This document shows, piece after piece, positions 1 through 14,199 of a stretch of DNA of 64,000 bases. Both the position numbers and the translations under genes were made by a program. Every line of letters begins with the position of its first letter. Position 1 is the stretch's first letter. Under the pieces are notes generated by a model that did not search any database, was not told where the DNA came from, and saw nothing but the letters and a program-made list of their open reading frames with translations. Source of the DNA: Selaginella moellendorffii (lineage: Eukaryota; Plantae; Lycopodiophyta); assembly GCF_000143415.4 (NCBI RefSeq), contig NW_003314337.1, positions 751,771 through 815,770 of the forward strand, written 5' to 3'.

Positions 1-591
1 ATGCCTCAACCACTTAAATTCCCAAGTAAATAAAGCTGTTTCTATTTTTGGTACAGGTAAACTTTATAGCGTGTGGGCTCATGCAATTTTGAACCCAAAA
101 ATGCACCAAAAAATGCTCGACTAGCATTATTCTTTGAATGGCGTGTGGCCTTATATTGCCATAAATGGACGTACACACACAACATAATTATTCCTTTACA
201 CGGCGAATAATCTTGGCGCGGATCACTGACATGGCATGGCAAAGTTCGAATCACTAACATGGCACAGCTGGATCGAGGCAAGGACATGATGTGACAAAGT
301 TCAACCTCCGACAGCAAAGTCTAGAAGCTACTCAGTTTGAAATTTGTCAGAGGAATCATAAGATCTGGTTTGTCAGAGGATTTGATGTGACGTTCAAGCG
401 TGTGTTATTTTTGAATTCTCGAACTCATTCCTAGGTCTATCATTTTTGTGCGCCGTGTTCTTGGTTCCGCTGAGCGCAGTGAGCGCTGCTTGTGTAAACG
501 GCGTTGTGAGCTGTGGTTTATGCGTCTACGAGCGGTTGCAGCATTGCAAGCGCCATTGCGAGCGGCAGTTTATGCGACTGGCAGTTTGTGT

Positions 592-660
592 GAGCGGCGC
601 TACGAGCAGTTGCGGTGTTGCGAGCGGCGCTACGAGTAGTTGCGGTGTTGCGAGCGGCAC
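592..660 (+). repeat. 30-bp tandem repeat (GAGCGGCGCTACGAGYAGTTGCGGTGTTGC, ~2.3 copies)
   Basis: Directly visible duplication upstream of the transposase. Confidence 0.8.
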
Positions 661-753
661 TGTCTTTGGTGTGGCTACCGCTTCCTCTTGATATTCGGCA
701 CTTGTGCTTCCTGGTATGTTCACCATGGAATGGCTTAGGACCACATTTAGAAA

Positions 754-3700
754 TGGCATGAGGCCACATGCCATCTTGGGCCCTTGCAATTTCATGGCTA
801 GCGTATTGTCATGTATGTTTTTACTTGCCTGCAGCTGTGTGTATATCAAGATGGCATGAGGCCTCATGCCAATTTTGTGAATGTGAAATTTCACGTGGGT
901 GTCAATAGCATGTTTGAATAATGGCATGTGGCCTCATGCTATTGAGGTTGTTTGGTATATTATGATTTAGGCCATTCTCCAATCATTTTTTGTATGGTCT
1001 TAACTTCTTTTCTGCACTTTCAGAATGGCCTCCGCAAGTGCGACGCATGTTCCCTCCGTGGATCTTAAGAACCGTGCTACATGGATTCAGGCAAAGGTGT
1101 TTCTAAACAACCCCAAGGGGGAGGTGGTAGCTGAGGGCTTAGCCACAGTTGTCGATCCAAGAGATGCGGTTGCTAATCAAGAATTGGGCTGGGATGATAT
1201 TGGAGTTGCGATTTTAGAGGTTGTTGACACAGAAGAAAACAGTCTGACTATTGGAAGCATTGTGCGGTGGAAATTGAGGCACTTAGTGTTTGAGAATGTG
1301 AAGGATTCACAATCAAACACCACTACAACTGATGACAGAACATCTCTTCATGGGAAAAGAAAGTACACCTTCCTAAAGCGCAGCCAAAGGGATCTGAGCA
1401 ACGAACCGGAAAGGCAGAAAATGGCGATGGAGGTTCGAATGGTCTCAATAGTTGCTTGTTGCAAGAGGAGGTGCTGTCAACATGCTGATTGGGATGCTAT
1501 TGAAGAGGAGAGAGCAAGATACAAGACATTGTCCTGGAAGGCAGCTCGCAATTTTGTGTATGAGGCATTACGGTCATCTGTTGATGCTTCAGAACATCAG
1601 GTGGGGGGCATGGTCTTCCAGAGGGGTTTGGTCTGCATGAAGGCATGGAGAATCATTTATGGAGTCCCTTGAACCACATTCTACAAAATCAAAACTGAGT
1701 TCGAGGAACAAAGGGTTCAACAAGCAGTCCATGGGAACGACGGTACTCACATAACCAGGGGTCATGTTGTATATGGAGAGGCAATCTTCAAGAGGTTTGT
1801 CGAGACATGTAGCGAGCAACAACCACATAAAACCCACCTCTTGGAAGATGGAACTCGAGACACCCAACGAGTTCTCCCTTCCATGTATACCAAGGGGGCC
1901 ATATTGGAAGATGTGAATCGGGAACTCCAGAGTAATGGCTATAGGAAGCTGAGCCAATCTAGATTTAGTAGATTGTGGAGCAACAGGTTCAGGGATGTGA
2001 GTATAGGAAAGTACTCCAGCTTTTCAAAGTGTGACGAGTGCACTGCTATCAAAATGGCTTTGTCGAAGAATTCTTGCAGCGCTCAAGAGCGAGAGACGTT
2101 GGTTAGAAGGCGGCTCGACCACAACATCGAGCAGAGAAGCTGCAGGACTGCATATTATCATAACAGGATTCTCTCCATGGAGAGACCTGACTCTTACCTC
2201 TGCATCATCCACGACAAAATGGACCAGAAAAAGACGTGCTTACCTCGACTCAATCCTGCCCCCAAGGCAATCTCTTCATCCATGCAGCTGCCTGTGTCTC
2301 TGTTTGGCATAATCGCTCATGGGCATGGTGCCCAGAACTATGGGAACTTCTTTGTACCTCTATGGGGTGGTGGGGGTGCAAACATGATGATTGCGTCCCT
2401 AGGAAAACACTTAAGGTCTCTGCAAAGTGCGCAGACTGAGCTGAACGGCCAACCCTTGCATAAGGCCCTTATCGATCGAACCCCATACAGGGTTCAGCTG
2501 GAGGAGGAGCAAAGGCTTGCAGTATCGCGTGGGGCCCCATGCCATCCCAGTGAATATGTTGGCCGTCAGATTGTAGGGTTATCACGTGAGGCCTCATGCC
2601 ATTCCGATGAGGCTGGTCGCCCGGTGAATGCACAGCCTCATCCAAACGAAGCAGAATCTCAAGGAAGTTCTTGCGGCCGTCCACCCCATCTTCTACTCCA
2701 AACAGACAATGCTGGCAGTGAGAACAAAAACATGTACGTCTTCGCGTACTTGGCGATGCTTGTTGCCAAAGGCATATTTGAAACGGTTACACTTGGCTTT
2801 CTCATGGTTGGGCACACTCATGAAGACGTCGATGCCATGTTCAGTCACCTGGCAGAGTCCCTCCGGCGATCCAATGTCCTCACCCTCCCACAACTCTACG
2901 ATGAATTCCAAAATTGCATCAAAGGCACTGTTGATGCTGCACTTGTGACAGAGGTTCCAGACTTTAAGGGGTTTGTAAGAAGCTACATCAGGGACGGATC
3001 CTAAACGCTGATTGGCCACTCCAAGCCTCTTCAGTTTCATTTCAGCATGCGTGACGGTGCTCCAGTGATGAGGTACAAGATGAGAGAATGGGACACAGTG
3101 TGGCTGCTAGTGGACGGCATTGAACTCTTCAAGAGAGATCCCATAACTGGGGAACCTATGATTCCTCAGGGTTCCCCACGGCCGATGCACCCGGATGGAC
3201 TCAAAGACCAGGAAAGTATAGTGGCCGGGATTAGACAGCATATTGCCTTCTGGAAGAGGGGGTTGGTGTTTGGTGGAGAATCCTATTTTCAGAGGTGCAA
3301 GCCTTTGATCGAATACTGGGAGAAGATTATATCTGCTATCCAAAATGGGCCGGTTGTATATGAAGAATTGGAAAAGTCCTTTTGGCCAGAACCCAGAGCA
3401 CCAGATAGTAGCGGAACAATGTCCTCTGGAAATGCAGTCACAGATAATGATGTTGAGGATCACTATTGTGGGCCAAGGAACAAGAAGCTAGATTCAGCAT
3501 TCAATCTAGTACAGGTCTGCAAAGGAATGGTCGTGCTTGTCAGACCCAGTAATAAAAAACAAATGATATGGGTGGGGCGCTGCATCACTGATGCAGAGGA
3601 GGACGCGGAAACTAACTCCTTCAATATAACTGTGGAGTGGTTCAAGCCAAGTTCCGGATATACGAAGGATTGCCTAGAAAAGAGATGGGTGCTGAATCCA

Positions 3701-4929
3701 AGGGATCCCAGCATGAGCATATCGGTGGATAATGTTGTGCATGGTTGGATGCGGAAGCAGAGTGCCACCATCACCTTGCTAGACCATGCAAGAGATGCAG
3801 CAAGAGCATTCATAACCCGGGTTCAAGGTGAGATTCATTAATATTCCTTTACTAAGTTTCTAATGTATTTTATTTCAAGGTGAACAATCCGAATCTGAAT
3901 CAGAGGAGGCGTGATGGCATGTGGCCTTACGCCATTCCTAGGTGAGATGATACAAATAACAAGTATAAATTCTTAGTTGTTCTAGCAAATCTTACTTAAA
4001 GTTCAAGGTGAACAAGCCGAATATGAATTCATCGGATTGTTATAACAAATTGCGAGGTGATGGCATGAGGCGATACGCCATTTGAGAGTGGTAGCCATTC
4101 CTATATGAGGTGAGTAAAATATTTATTAGAAATACCTCATTCAATTGTGCACTTCTAAGTCTTGGTCCACTCAGTACTGTTTGCATGTTTTTATTTTAAT
4201 TCTTTCTCTAAAATGTTATTTAGCATGTGGCTTCATGCCATTGCTCTCCACAATCATGCATTGAATTTTTCTATCCTTGCATAATACTTCTCCATATATA
4301 TAGCATGTGCGCACATGTGATATGGTTCATTAGGCCTGATATAGTGTGTGAGGTAAAACAAAGATGATGTGACATATGCATTTACCAATCACACGTGCAT
4401 AAATCTAATAATATGGCGTGTGGCTCATATTAATGGCACATAAACCCATATTGTGGGCTTACGTGCTTTATGTACCATCATTCCCTTGCAGCGTGTGTGT
4501 TGGTTTCCTTTTATAACACAACGAACTCCATATTTTAGGGTGAAGAGCGTTCTCATGGCAAGCACAAAATTTGTAAGTGAGGCAGAAAAGGAGACGGAGA
4601 AGGAGATAGGTGAAGATGTAGAATATATAAGTCTTCCAAACTCCCCGTACTATACTCCAGGTGATCATTTTTCTGAACAAACGGCAACATTAACAACTAT
4701 CGAGAACGCCCTAGTAATGTCAGAGACAACAATCCAAAGCAAAACAACTGACCCGGAGAAGGATGATAGTACCGCTGAGAGTACCAAAAAGGAGGTGTCC
4801 ACTAGCGTTTAGGCTTATAATGGCATGTGCCCTCATGCCATTTACTTGATCACCAAATACCTTTTTCCCTTTGCACTAGTATATCTTAATACCGGTCTGA
4901 GAAATAGAATGGCATGTGCCCTCAGGCCT
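754..4929. repeat. Dispersed 20-bp palindrome TGGCATGWGGCCTCATGCCA around the transposase
   Basis: Copies at 754, 852 (perfect), 922, ~2585, 3915, 4061, 4221, 4414, 4821 and 4910, with weaker copies near 70 and 140. Confidence 0.85.
1025..3914 (+). pseudogene. DUF7869 / Sola-like DDD transposase with two in-frame nonsense codons and a probable terminal 52-nt intron (3828-3879)
   Basis: ORFs 1025, 1841 and 3047 share one frame, broken only by TGA 1670-72 and TAA 3002-04. Motifs: FSKCDEC, IIHDKMDQKKT, LQTDNAGSENKN, FLMVGHTHEDVDAMFS. Polypyrimidine/CAG acceptor just before the ATG. Removing GTGAGA..AAG 3828-3879 gives a terminal GEQSESESEEA*. Confidence 0.75.
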
Positions 4930-5624
4930 TTTACTAAATCACCTTTGAAAGAAATGCAAGCCTCTATGTCGTAAAAAAAAGGTACTAGAGAAATTCCTTA
5001 ATAATATGAATGTTATTTAGTTTCATGAAAATACACTAAGGGTCAAATGAGTTAAATGACTTCTCCAAACTAGCAATGCCTCTTGCTACACCTTCACAAT
5101 TAGATTCGTTAGAAAAAGATAACATTGAATAATATCTAAATGTTCTCACCATTAAGTTATATGTCTGGCTAATAGGAATGACGTTCATCTTGGAAAGCTC
5201 ACCACACGCTCAATGAACAAACAAATAGTGTGTGCGCGCATGCCATCGCTCTTCTTTAGCTTCAGATTCGGCTTGTTCACCTTGACAATGAGATTTATTA
5301 TACAACCAGATGGACTCAGTCTGGACACAAAGTCACCGCGCTAGTCACCATGCCCCAGATATGTCTAGCCCCTAGACAAAAAACATATAATTTCACATCA
5401 TTTTCAAATACTTGAAAATTTGTACCTAGTCCCATTTTACTGAATAAATCCCACTTTAACGAAATAGAGCATTTAGACTGGCATTGATTCAGATTGTGGA
5501 GAAATGAAATAAGGCTAACCTATATATACTATAGGTTGATGAAGCTCCACCACTCTTGGATCGAGGACGGCCTAAATATAGCTGAGGTCGAGGAGGCGCC
5601 ACATCAATATCAGGAATGTGGCTC

Positions 5625-5780
5625 GAGACTCAGGAATCGGGAAGTGTCTGGAGAGTCAGGAATAGGGAAGTGTCTCGAGAGTCAGGAATAGGGAAGTGTC
5701 TCGAGAGTCAGGAATAGGGAAGTGTCTCGAGAATCAGGAATGTGGTCTGCAAGTCAGGAATCCGGCGAGAGTCAGGAATG
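5625..5780 (+). repeat. 26-bp minisatellite GAGAGTCAGGAATAGGGAAGTGTCTC, ~4-5 copies
   Basis: Directly visible tandem units, degenerating at the 3' end. Confidence 0.85.
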
Positions 5781-5809
5781 TGGCAAGAATTGGGGGATTC
5801 CTAACAGGA

Positions 5810-8130
5810 TTATGAGAATTTGTGTTGAGGTGAACCTATGTGAAGTAATAGGTAGGAGGAAGTTGGTTGAGTCTTAAAAGTTTGCATTCCTAAATTGAGA
5901 GTCATTCTTTCTCTAGGATGAAAAAATTTCCACAAATTTTCTTAGACTTTTCCAAAAGTTGATCTATTGATCACTTTGCTCGGAAACCATTCCGTTTTCA
6001 TAAGCCAGTACAAACTAATGAAAGGGTTGGAGTTGGCTTCGGTTGGTTTAAACCCTAGTAGGTAAGTTGTATGATGCAACCCGAAAGGGATGTTGACTTT
6101 TAGGGCTAAAGCAATTGAGTTGAATAGAGTTTGGAGTTAGCGTAGAAAAGTGGCCGTTGCACTTTTCTAAGAAAGGTGACCCTTGTGCTTTTCTTCTATA
6201 GCGTTCTGCTTGGTAGGTTGCACTTTGCATTTTATTAGACTCTATGAGAGTAGTGAACCCTCACTTATCTTGACTTAGTCTTGGTAACCCTGCGCTTTGG
6301 CTGAGGATGGTGATGTTGAGATGTTGGTACCTGTATTATAGTTTTGTCTATGAGGAGGTTGTGTACCAATATGAGTCCATCTCATAGTCTTCACTTTAGT
6401 TTCAACTAAGTGTTGATCATGCTTAACTAGCCTCTTCAAGGCATGCTTAGAGCTAATGGCTAAATGCATTAGTGAGCTTATTGCGGTTGAGTTGGATTCA
6501 CGTGGTCATTTAGTTTATGCTTATCTATGAATCTTTATCTCATGCTTGGGATATTATGTTCATGTTAGCCAAGCATATAACTCAATGGCACGAGTTTGGT
6601 GTTTGGTTCTTGTGAAAGCAAGTTGAAGAGTGATTGTTAGTTGTTTTGCGACTAGTGATTTCTTGTAGACTTCGTCAAGGATTGTTAACACTTGCTTCAC
6701 TTGATGAAGATTTAGCAATGATGGGTTTGCTTTACCGGATGGTGTTTTAGAGGAACGTGTTGTTAAACTTACATGGGTTTTCCATGTTAGTGTGTTAACT
6801 CTACCTTTGTCAATATCATTTGGTTGTATTTAGTTCGTAGTGTTGAATTTCATTGAGTCTTGGATGTGGTGAATCACTCCTTGATGTAGTGTTATCTGTA
6901 GCTGAGTATTGTTGAAGGATTAATCTTGGATACTGACTAAAGTATCTTTAACTTTGGTTAGCTTAGTTGCTAAAAAGCTTTGAGTGGTGATTCACTTTTG
7001 CTTTCTTCTAGCTTTGTTATGTTGCTGATGGTATTGAAGTGATGCCTTGTCATTGACATTATTGATGTTGAGATTTAAGTGAAATGAGATCTCTCTGTAA
7101 GATTAATATTGAGTTTCATTAGTCTCGATGCCAATAGTGTTGATACTTGGGCTGTAACTTTGTGTTGTTAACATTCGTGCATTTGCTAGTTAGCAATTAT
7201 ATTAATATTTAAATGAATTGAGTGGCAAGTTAAGTTAATTGTGTTCTAGACGAGATTGTTTAGTAGGGGTTGAGGTTTAAGCTTTTCCTTGAAAAGTGAT
7301 TCAATCATGGACTATGCTACCTTTACGAGATGAACAGTTAGTGATTAATATTGGAATGTTTGAATCTTTATTGGATTTGAGTTGGGATATATCAATCATT
7401 GATAATTTTTCTTGTGCTCGTTATGAAATGAATTACGTTTTGCTATAGATAGATTTATAGAGGATCAATTAAATGATCACTTGTTGAGCATAACTTTATT
7501 GTGCTTAGCTTTTGGATTGATGCAGACATGCTCTCCATTAGCTTTGTATTATGAAGTTTAGCTTATAAATGTGTTGAGAAGGATATTATAGGTTGTACCA
7601 TGATTTCTTCTTTAGCATTGAAGTTAGTTCATGCAAAACTTGTGATTATTCTTAGGCAAAACTTGGCTATAGACTTTTTAAAGCTTTTGGTTCTTTGAGT
7701 TTTATGCTCATTGTTTTATGTGTTAGAAGTTGTTGGGGAAGGCATTTTAGCTTACTAGCTTCAATGTTGAAGTTGGCTTTTGCATCTAACAATCATTGGT
7801 GATGATTAACTATTATTTAGAGTAATTAATCATCCTTGTTGAAGGTTTTGTTTGATTGTTGTTGATATAGAATGATTTGCTATTCTTCGAGATTGTGGAT
7901 TCCTTTTTTGACAATGATTATGCATCTCTCTATTGATGGGATGATTTATAGTCTTTAATGATAATTAATTGTTCTCTTTGATGGCTTTTGGCTTTTCACA
8001 ATACCATATTCTTTGTGGTTTGCTCTGATCAAGTCATTGTGATTATTATAATGTGATAGTGAGCAATGTGTTTACGAAGTTAATTGGTTAAGCAATGATC
8101 AACCCTAAAGTGGTTGATGGTAAAGCTAGT
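5810..8130 (+). mobile_element. Fragment of the internal region of non-autonomous LTR family A
   Basis: Colinear with 39147-41370, then jumps to a segment matching 38546-38660; no ORFs. Confidence 0.85.
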
Positions 8131-9510
8131 TGTGAGACACAAAATCCCTAGGCCCCAAAGTGGAGCCAAAAGGGTGCCATGTGGTAATGGCTGAAGCGAA
8201 AGCCAAACAAGCGTAACACGTTTGGATTAAAAGCTCCGACTTAAAAGGTCAAGAGCGGGAGTGGAACTCCCAACGAAGTGCTCGAGGAACAAGCACGAAG
8301 AAAGCAATAAGTGAGTCCTTAGAAAAGGGACCCAAGATGGACCTAAGATGGAGTCCGAGATGAAGTCCGAGATGGACCCGAGATGGAGTCCGAGATGGAC
8401 CCAAGATGGATCCGAGATGGACCCAAGATGAAGTCTAAGATGGACCCGGTTTAGATGGAGTCCGAGATGGACCCGAAATAGAGTCTGAGATGGAGTCCGA
8501 AATGGACCCGAGATGGAGTTCAAGATGGACCCGAGATGGAGTCTGAGATGGAGTCCAAGATGGACCCGAGATGGAGTTCGAGATGGACCCCAGCGGGCTC
8601 TAGTTCCCCTGGGAGATTGAATGGTCGATGCTCCCAGTCCAAGTGTGGGTGGCACTATCTACTTGGATACCTGGTGTGGCTCAACGGAACCTCACTCTAA
8701 GACCATGGCTAGAGCACCCAAAGGTGATAGGTGGGAAGAGTACCCAGGAGGCTTGTGTAAGGCCACAGTGTTCCAAAATGTTGTCCCAAAGTCCCAAAAT
8801 GTAGAAAGGAAGAGGAGCAATCCTCTGGTGTGGTGACCAAGGATGCGGTCCTGTGGTGAGGAAGTCCCAAAGGATAGTGGGATTTAGTGATCAAGCTTGT
8901 GGGCCTTGTCCCAACGGCAATGTTGGCAAACACGGCTATGGACAGAAAAGGGACTTGGTGAGGACTGTAAAAGGGATATTGGGGAAGGTTGTTCCCCATG
9001 TCTGCGGGCATCCTAAGGATGCTAAAAAGTGGATCTGGGATTACCACTCATGGACGGATGACCCAGTCTTTGAGAAATGGGATTGTGATGCTGGTGGTGT
9101 TAGACCACAGGTATGACCAAGGTGAATGGGCATGGCCTTAGCATAATGGGCTGGTATGTCGGTGGTACCTTGAGGTGTCGATCATGGGATCGAACATGTG
9201 GAGCACTTGGACCAAGTGCAAAAGTTGAGTGGCATGAATGCCATCCTCAGGACTGGCAAGCCCTAAGTCCTAAATTGGATTTATGGAGGTTATGAAGGAG
9301 ACTCCTCCAAATGGTCGGAGGTGTGGTTAAGTGACTAAAGTACAATGGAAAAATTAGTCACTTAGAATTTGGTATCAGAGTTGTTCCTTAATCTGACTCT
9401 TATTGGTGGCCAAATATATCATCACTTGTGTTGGAATTGGAAAGTCCTGAGTATGGACCTATCTTCAAGGAGTAGCATGTCGAGAGGACATGGCTCCCCA
9501 CTCTAGTTCA
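8131..9510 (+). mobile_element. Family B LTR (8131-9366, internally deleted) with PBS and start of internal region
   Basis: Starts TGTGAGACAC like 33341/46335/49207, carries the GAGATGGAGTCC array, PBS TGGTATCAGAG at 9370. Confidence 0.85.
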
Positions 9511-9511
9511 A

Positions 9512-11090
9512 CAATCCTCCATGAATCCATCTATAGCAACACATAATTTACTTCATAACAAGCACAAGAAGAATCATCAATGATTGATATATTCCAACTC
9601 AAACCCAATAAGGATTCAAACATTCCAATATTGATCACTAACTCTTCCACTTGTAAAGTTAGTATAGTCCACTACTGAATCACTTTTCAAGGAAAAGCCA
9701 AAGCTCAACCCTTACTAAATAATCTCATTTAAAATGCAACTAACTCAAATCTGCCACTCAGCTCATTTGAACGCTAACATAGTTGCTAACTAGCAAATAC
9801 ACGAATGCCAATAACATAAAGCTATAGCCAAATCATCAACACTATCATCATCGAGACTAATAAAACTCGACATCAATCTTTTGAAGAGACCTCTCATTTC
9901 ACTTAAAACTCAACATCAACAATATCAATGACAAGGCATCACTTCAATGCCATCAACACCATAACAAAGCTAGAAGTAAGCACAAGTCAATCACCACTCA
10001 AAACTCCCTAGCAATTAAGCTAACCAAGGTCGAAGATAATTTACTTAGTATCCGAGACCAATCCTTCAGTAAAACTTAGTTACAGATAACACTTCCTCAA
10101 GGAGTGAATCACCACATCCAAGACTCCATGAAATCCAATACTACAAACTAAACGTATCCAAATGATATCGATAGGAGTCCACATGCCAACATGGAAAACC
10201 TATATAAGTTTAACGACACAATCCTCTGCAACACCATCCGGTAAAGTAAATCCATCACTGATAAATCTTCATCAAGTGAAGCAAGTGTCAATAGTCCTTG
10301 ACAAAGTCTACAAGTAATCATTAGTTTGCAAAGCAACTAATAATCACTTTTCAACTTGCCTTCACAAAACCCAAACACTAAACTCATGCCATTGAGTTAT
10401 ATATACTTGTCCAACATGAACATAATATCCCAAGCATGAGATAAAGGTTCATGGACAAGCATAAACTAAATGACCACTCGATTCCAACTCAACCGCAATA
10501 AACTCACTAATGCATTTAACCAACAGCTCTGAACATGTCTTGAAGAGGCTAGCTATGCATGATCAACACTCAGTCAAAACTAAAGTGAAGACCATGAGAT
10601 GAACTCATATTGGTACACAACCTCCTTATAGACAAAGCTATAGTATAGGTATCAACATTTCAACTATAAACAACTAAGTTGGACATCACTATCCTCAGCC
10701 AAGGTGCAAAGCTTCAAGATCAGTGAAAGCTTACTACTCTCATAGAGTCTAACAAAATGCAAAGTGCAACATGCCACCAAGCATAACGCTACAGAAAAAA
10801 AGCACAAGGGTTACCCTTCTTAAAAAAGTGCAACAACCATTTTTCTACACCAACTCCAGACTCTATCCAACTCAATTGCCTTAGCCCCAAAAGCTAGCAT
10901 CCCTTTCTGGTTGCATTATACAAACTGCCTACTAAAGTGTAAGCTAACTAAAGTCAACTTTAACCACCTTCACTAGTTTGTATTGGCTTACGAAAACGGA
11001 ATGGTTTTCGGGCAAAGTGATCAACAAATCAGCCATTGGAAAAGTCTAAAAAAATTTGTGGAAAAAATTTCCATCTTAGAGAAAGAGACC
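9512..11090 (-). mobile_element. Inverted fragment of family A internal region
   Basis: Reverse complement matches 5905-7465 and ~39240-40825. Confidence 0.85.
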
Positions 11091-11149
11091 TAACGTTTAG
11101 TCTGTAGTGTTGCTTAGACAACAGAACAAAATGCATTTGGGTTTGAACA

Positions 11150-12510
11150 TCTATTGGGTTTGAGATATCAATAGGATGTTACTGGCACTTGTTTAGAAAA
11201 CTCTGGTTCTTTGGTATTATTGACTGGGATTTATTCAGATTGGCTAAGTGCAATAGTTGGCATGAATGAATGTTTATTAGTCTTATTTTATTCATTCTAT
11301 TCTGTCGATTGTTGCTTGAGTTCATTTTGACAGGTTGGGATGTTATTTCCTTTGAGTGATACATTTGCAAGCATTGTGCTTGTTAGTCAATGATACTTTG
11401 TGTTCTTTGAGTTATCTTTCGTAAATTGTTTGGCATTCTATCTGCAATATTTGATAATTAAGTTTTATCATTGAGTTTTTTTGATGATACGTTGACTATT
11501 GAATTTTGTTGGATAGTGAATCCTATCTTTTCCAATCATGCTAATCTTGGTGGTTCCTGTACTATAATACTGGTTTATCGGATACCATCTATTGATCTTT
11601 GATTTTGGGCCAGTATAGGTAGATTGGCTTTAGCACTTTATGTGCATGGTGAAATCTTTAGTTATGGGGTAGCTACTGTTGACTGGTCACATCACCTGCC
11701 TCTCTGTCGATATTCCTTTTGTCATTTGAAAAGGGCGTGACTGTGTAAACAACTCTAACTACCTATTTACAGTACTCTATTTAAACCTTACCGACAAGTT
11801 TGGTTTCTTTGCTCAGGAGGTTTGGAACCTCTGGCTTTTCTCTCTATATCCCTATGGGTAGGGGCGTATCACACTTTTGTAAGCTGGATGACACCCAGAG
11901 TAGCAAGGGTGGCTAACTCCGTTGGTCATTTCCTTATTGACAACGGTCGGAAGGTGTCTGAGCTAGTAGTGCATCCACGTTAGATAAAGAGGTTGTCTTC
12001 TAACTCATTTAAGTTAGTGCATTTCTCACATAGTGCGATCACCGTGAACTTTTTCTGGAGTTGTTACCTTGCCAGTGGTCTAGAATCGAGTATGCATCAA
12101 CGAGGACGTTGATCTTCCCTAGGGGGGGAGAGTGTCGCGAATGTGACTTCAGGTATCGAAAGTTACCTATCGGCTAGTCCTTTCGGATATTCTTTCCTTA
12201 TTGCCATGACGGCAGGAGGTCGGTATTGCTGGACTAATTATCAGTCTCCATCTAAACTAGTTGAGAAACTGGTCTTCGCGTGTGCACTTGACCAAATGAG
12301 TATAAGGACAGAATTCCTAAGTGCTATTAGTCAAGCATACTTGACTTGGTTAGAGAAACTCATTCGTTCGCTTGCACTTATTAGTGTTAGGAACCCCCAT
12401 GATATTAAGCTTAGTCCCTCAATATCGCTAAATGATAACTTACCGTGTTTGCCAAACACCCTCGCTATCATACCCTTTGTGTTAGTCTCATTTCAGTCCT
12501 AAATGCTAAA
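11150..12510 (+). mobile_element. 3' end of family A internal region, PPT and truncated 3' LTR
   Basis: Matches ~41380-42830; PPT AGGGGGGGAGAG followed by TGTCGCGAATG at 12133. Confidence 0.85.
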
Positions 12511-14178
12511 TGAAGACAAATATAACAAAAACTACTATACAAAAAACAAGACTAGCGATACAACCAAAACAACTACAAACTACAGAATATCACTTAGATA
12601 TATAAAATGAATTAGCTCTCACCACTAAAAATCAAGAATTCAAACTTCATGTAAATATTAATGAAGACATTGAAGAATTAAATCTAGGGGTTCTCTCAAA
12701 TCCACAAAACGTCTTAATAGCTACACAACTCAACAAACCTTTTAGATTTGATGCTACTATACTCCTTACTAAATATAAAGATATCTTTGCTTGGTCATAT
12801 AAAGACCTCAAAGGTATACCACCTAATTTATATACACATCGGATCGAATTACTTCTAGGCATTTGACACATTAAACAAATTGCTTACCGGATGAATCCCA
12901 CATTCACTAAAAAAGTAAAAGCTGAAATCAACAAACTCTTTGAAGAAATATTTATATATCCAACACAAATGCCCAATGGCTGTCACCTTTAGTCATTGTA
13001 CCCAAGAAAAATGGGAAATTATGCATCTGTGTGAACTACAAGAAGTTAAATGATGCCACTACAAAAGATGCCTTTCCCATCCCATTTTCAAATAAAATAC
13101 TCAATGCCGTAGCAAGTTATTAGATGTACTCATTTCTTGACGGTTTTTCAAGCTACAATGAAGTACACATAGCTGTCGAAGATCAACATAAAACAGCTTT
13201 CATAAGTCCTTGGGGAGCATATGCATACATGCGAATGCCATTTGGATTAACCAATGCCCCATTTACTTTTCAACGGATCATTACTGATACTTTCCAAGAT
13301 TATCTCACAGATTTCATGCAAGCCTTTATGGATGACTTTTGTGTCTTTGGACCTAAAAACAAACACCTTGAATATCTTAAGAAATATTTTATCAAATGCA
13401 AATAAAACTAAGTTGCTTTTAATCCTGAAAAATGTACTTTCTTTGTTAAATCAGGAATACTACTTGGCCACATGTTTCCACTCAAGGCATTCAAATCAAT
13501 AAAGCTAAAACCGATGTCATTATGAAAATGCAACCACTTCATGATCTCAAAAGTTTGCGAAGTTTTCTGGGCAAGATGGGTCACCATAGAAGATTTATTA
13601 AGGATTATGCCAAAGTTGCTAAACCCTTAACTGATTTACTCAAGAAAGACAAGTTCTATCACTAGACTCAAGAATGTCAGCAAGCATTCTTGTTACTCAA
13701 AGATCAACTTATACAAGCACCAATTCTTGTCCAAACAATCTAGACTCAAGAATTTCTCATACAAGTTGATGCCTCTGACTATGTGCTAGGAGCAATTCTT
13801 TGCTAAAGAAAAGACGATCATTATGATCACCCCATATATTATGCAAGTCAACGACTTTCTCCACCAGAAATGAATTATACAACTACAAAGAAAGAAGCCT
13901 TAAGCATGATACAAATTCTGACACTATTTACTTTCCAACAAAGTCAAAATATGTTGATCATCAAGCATTGATTCATCTACTCAACAAACCCATCTTTAAC
14001 ATATGAATAGCAAGATGGTTTTTGTTATTACAAGAATTAAATTTTGAAATAGTTCACAAACTTGGCAAATAACATGAACAAGCTGATCATCTTAACAGAA
14101 TTACAACCAGGGAAAATATACAAGACCCCAACAATAACTTACCTAATTCACCTCTTTTTAAGATTACCACCCACGATA
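12510..14178 (+). pseudogene. Decayed Ty3/gypsy pol (RT-RNaseH), Athila/Tat-like
   Basis: YSFLDGFSSYN, RMPFGLTNAPFTFQR, FMDDF and VDASDY motifs with many stops and frameshifts. Confidence 0.85.
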
Positions 14179-14199
14179 CACTGTTGTTTTGTTGTTTTG

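Noticed and set aside
5625-5780. CRISPR-like repeat array
   Set aside because: Units are contiguous with no unique spacers; eukaryotic context
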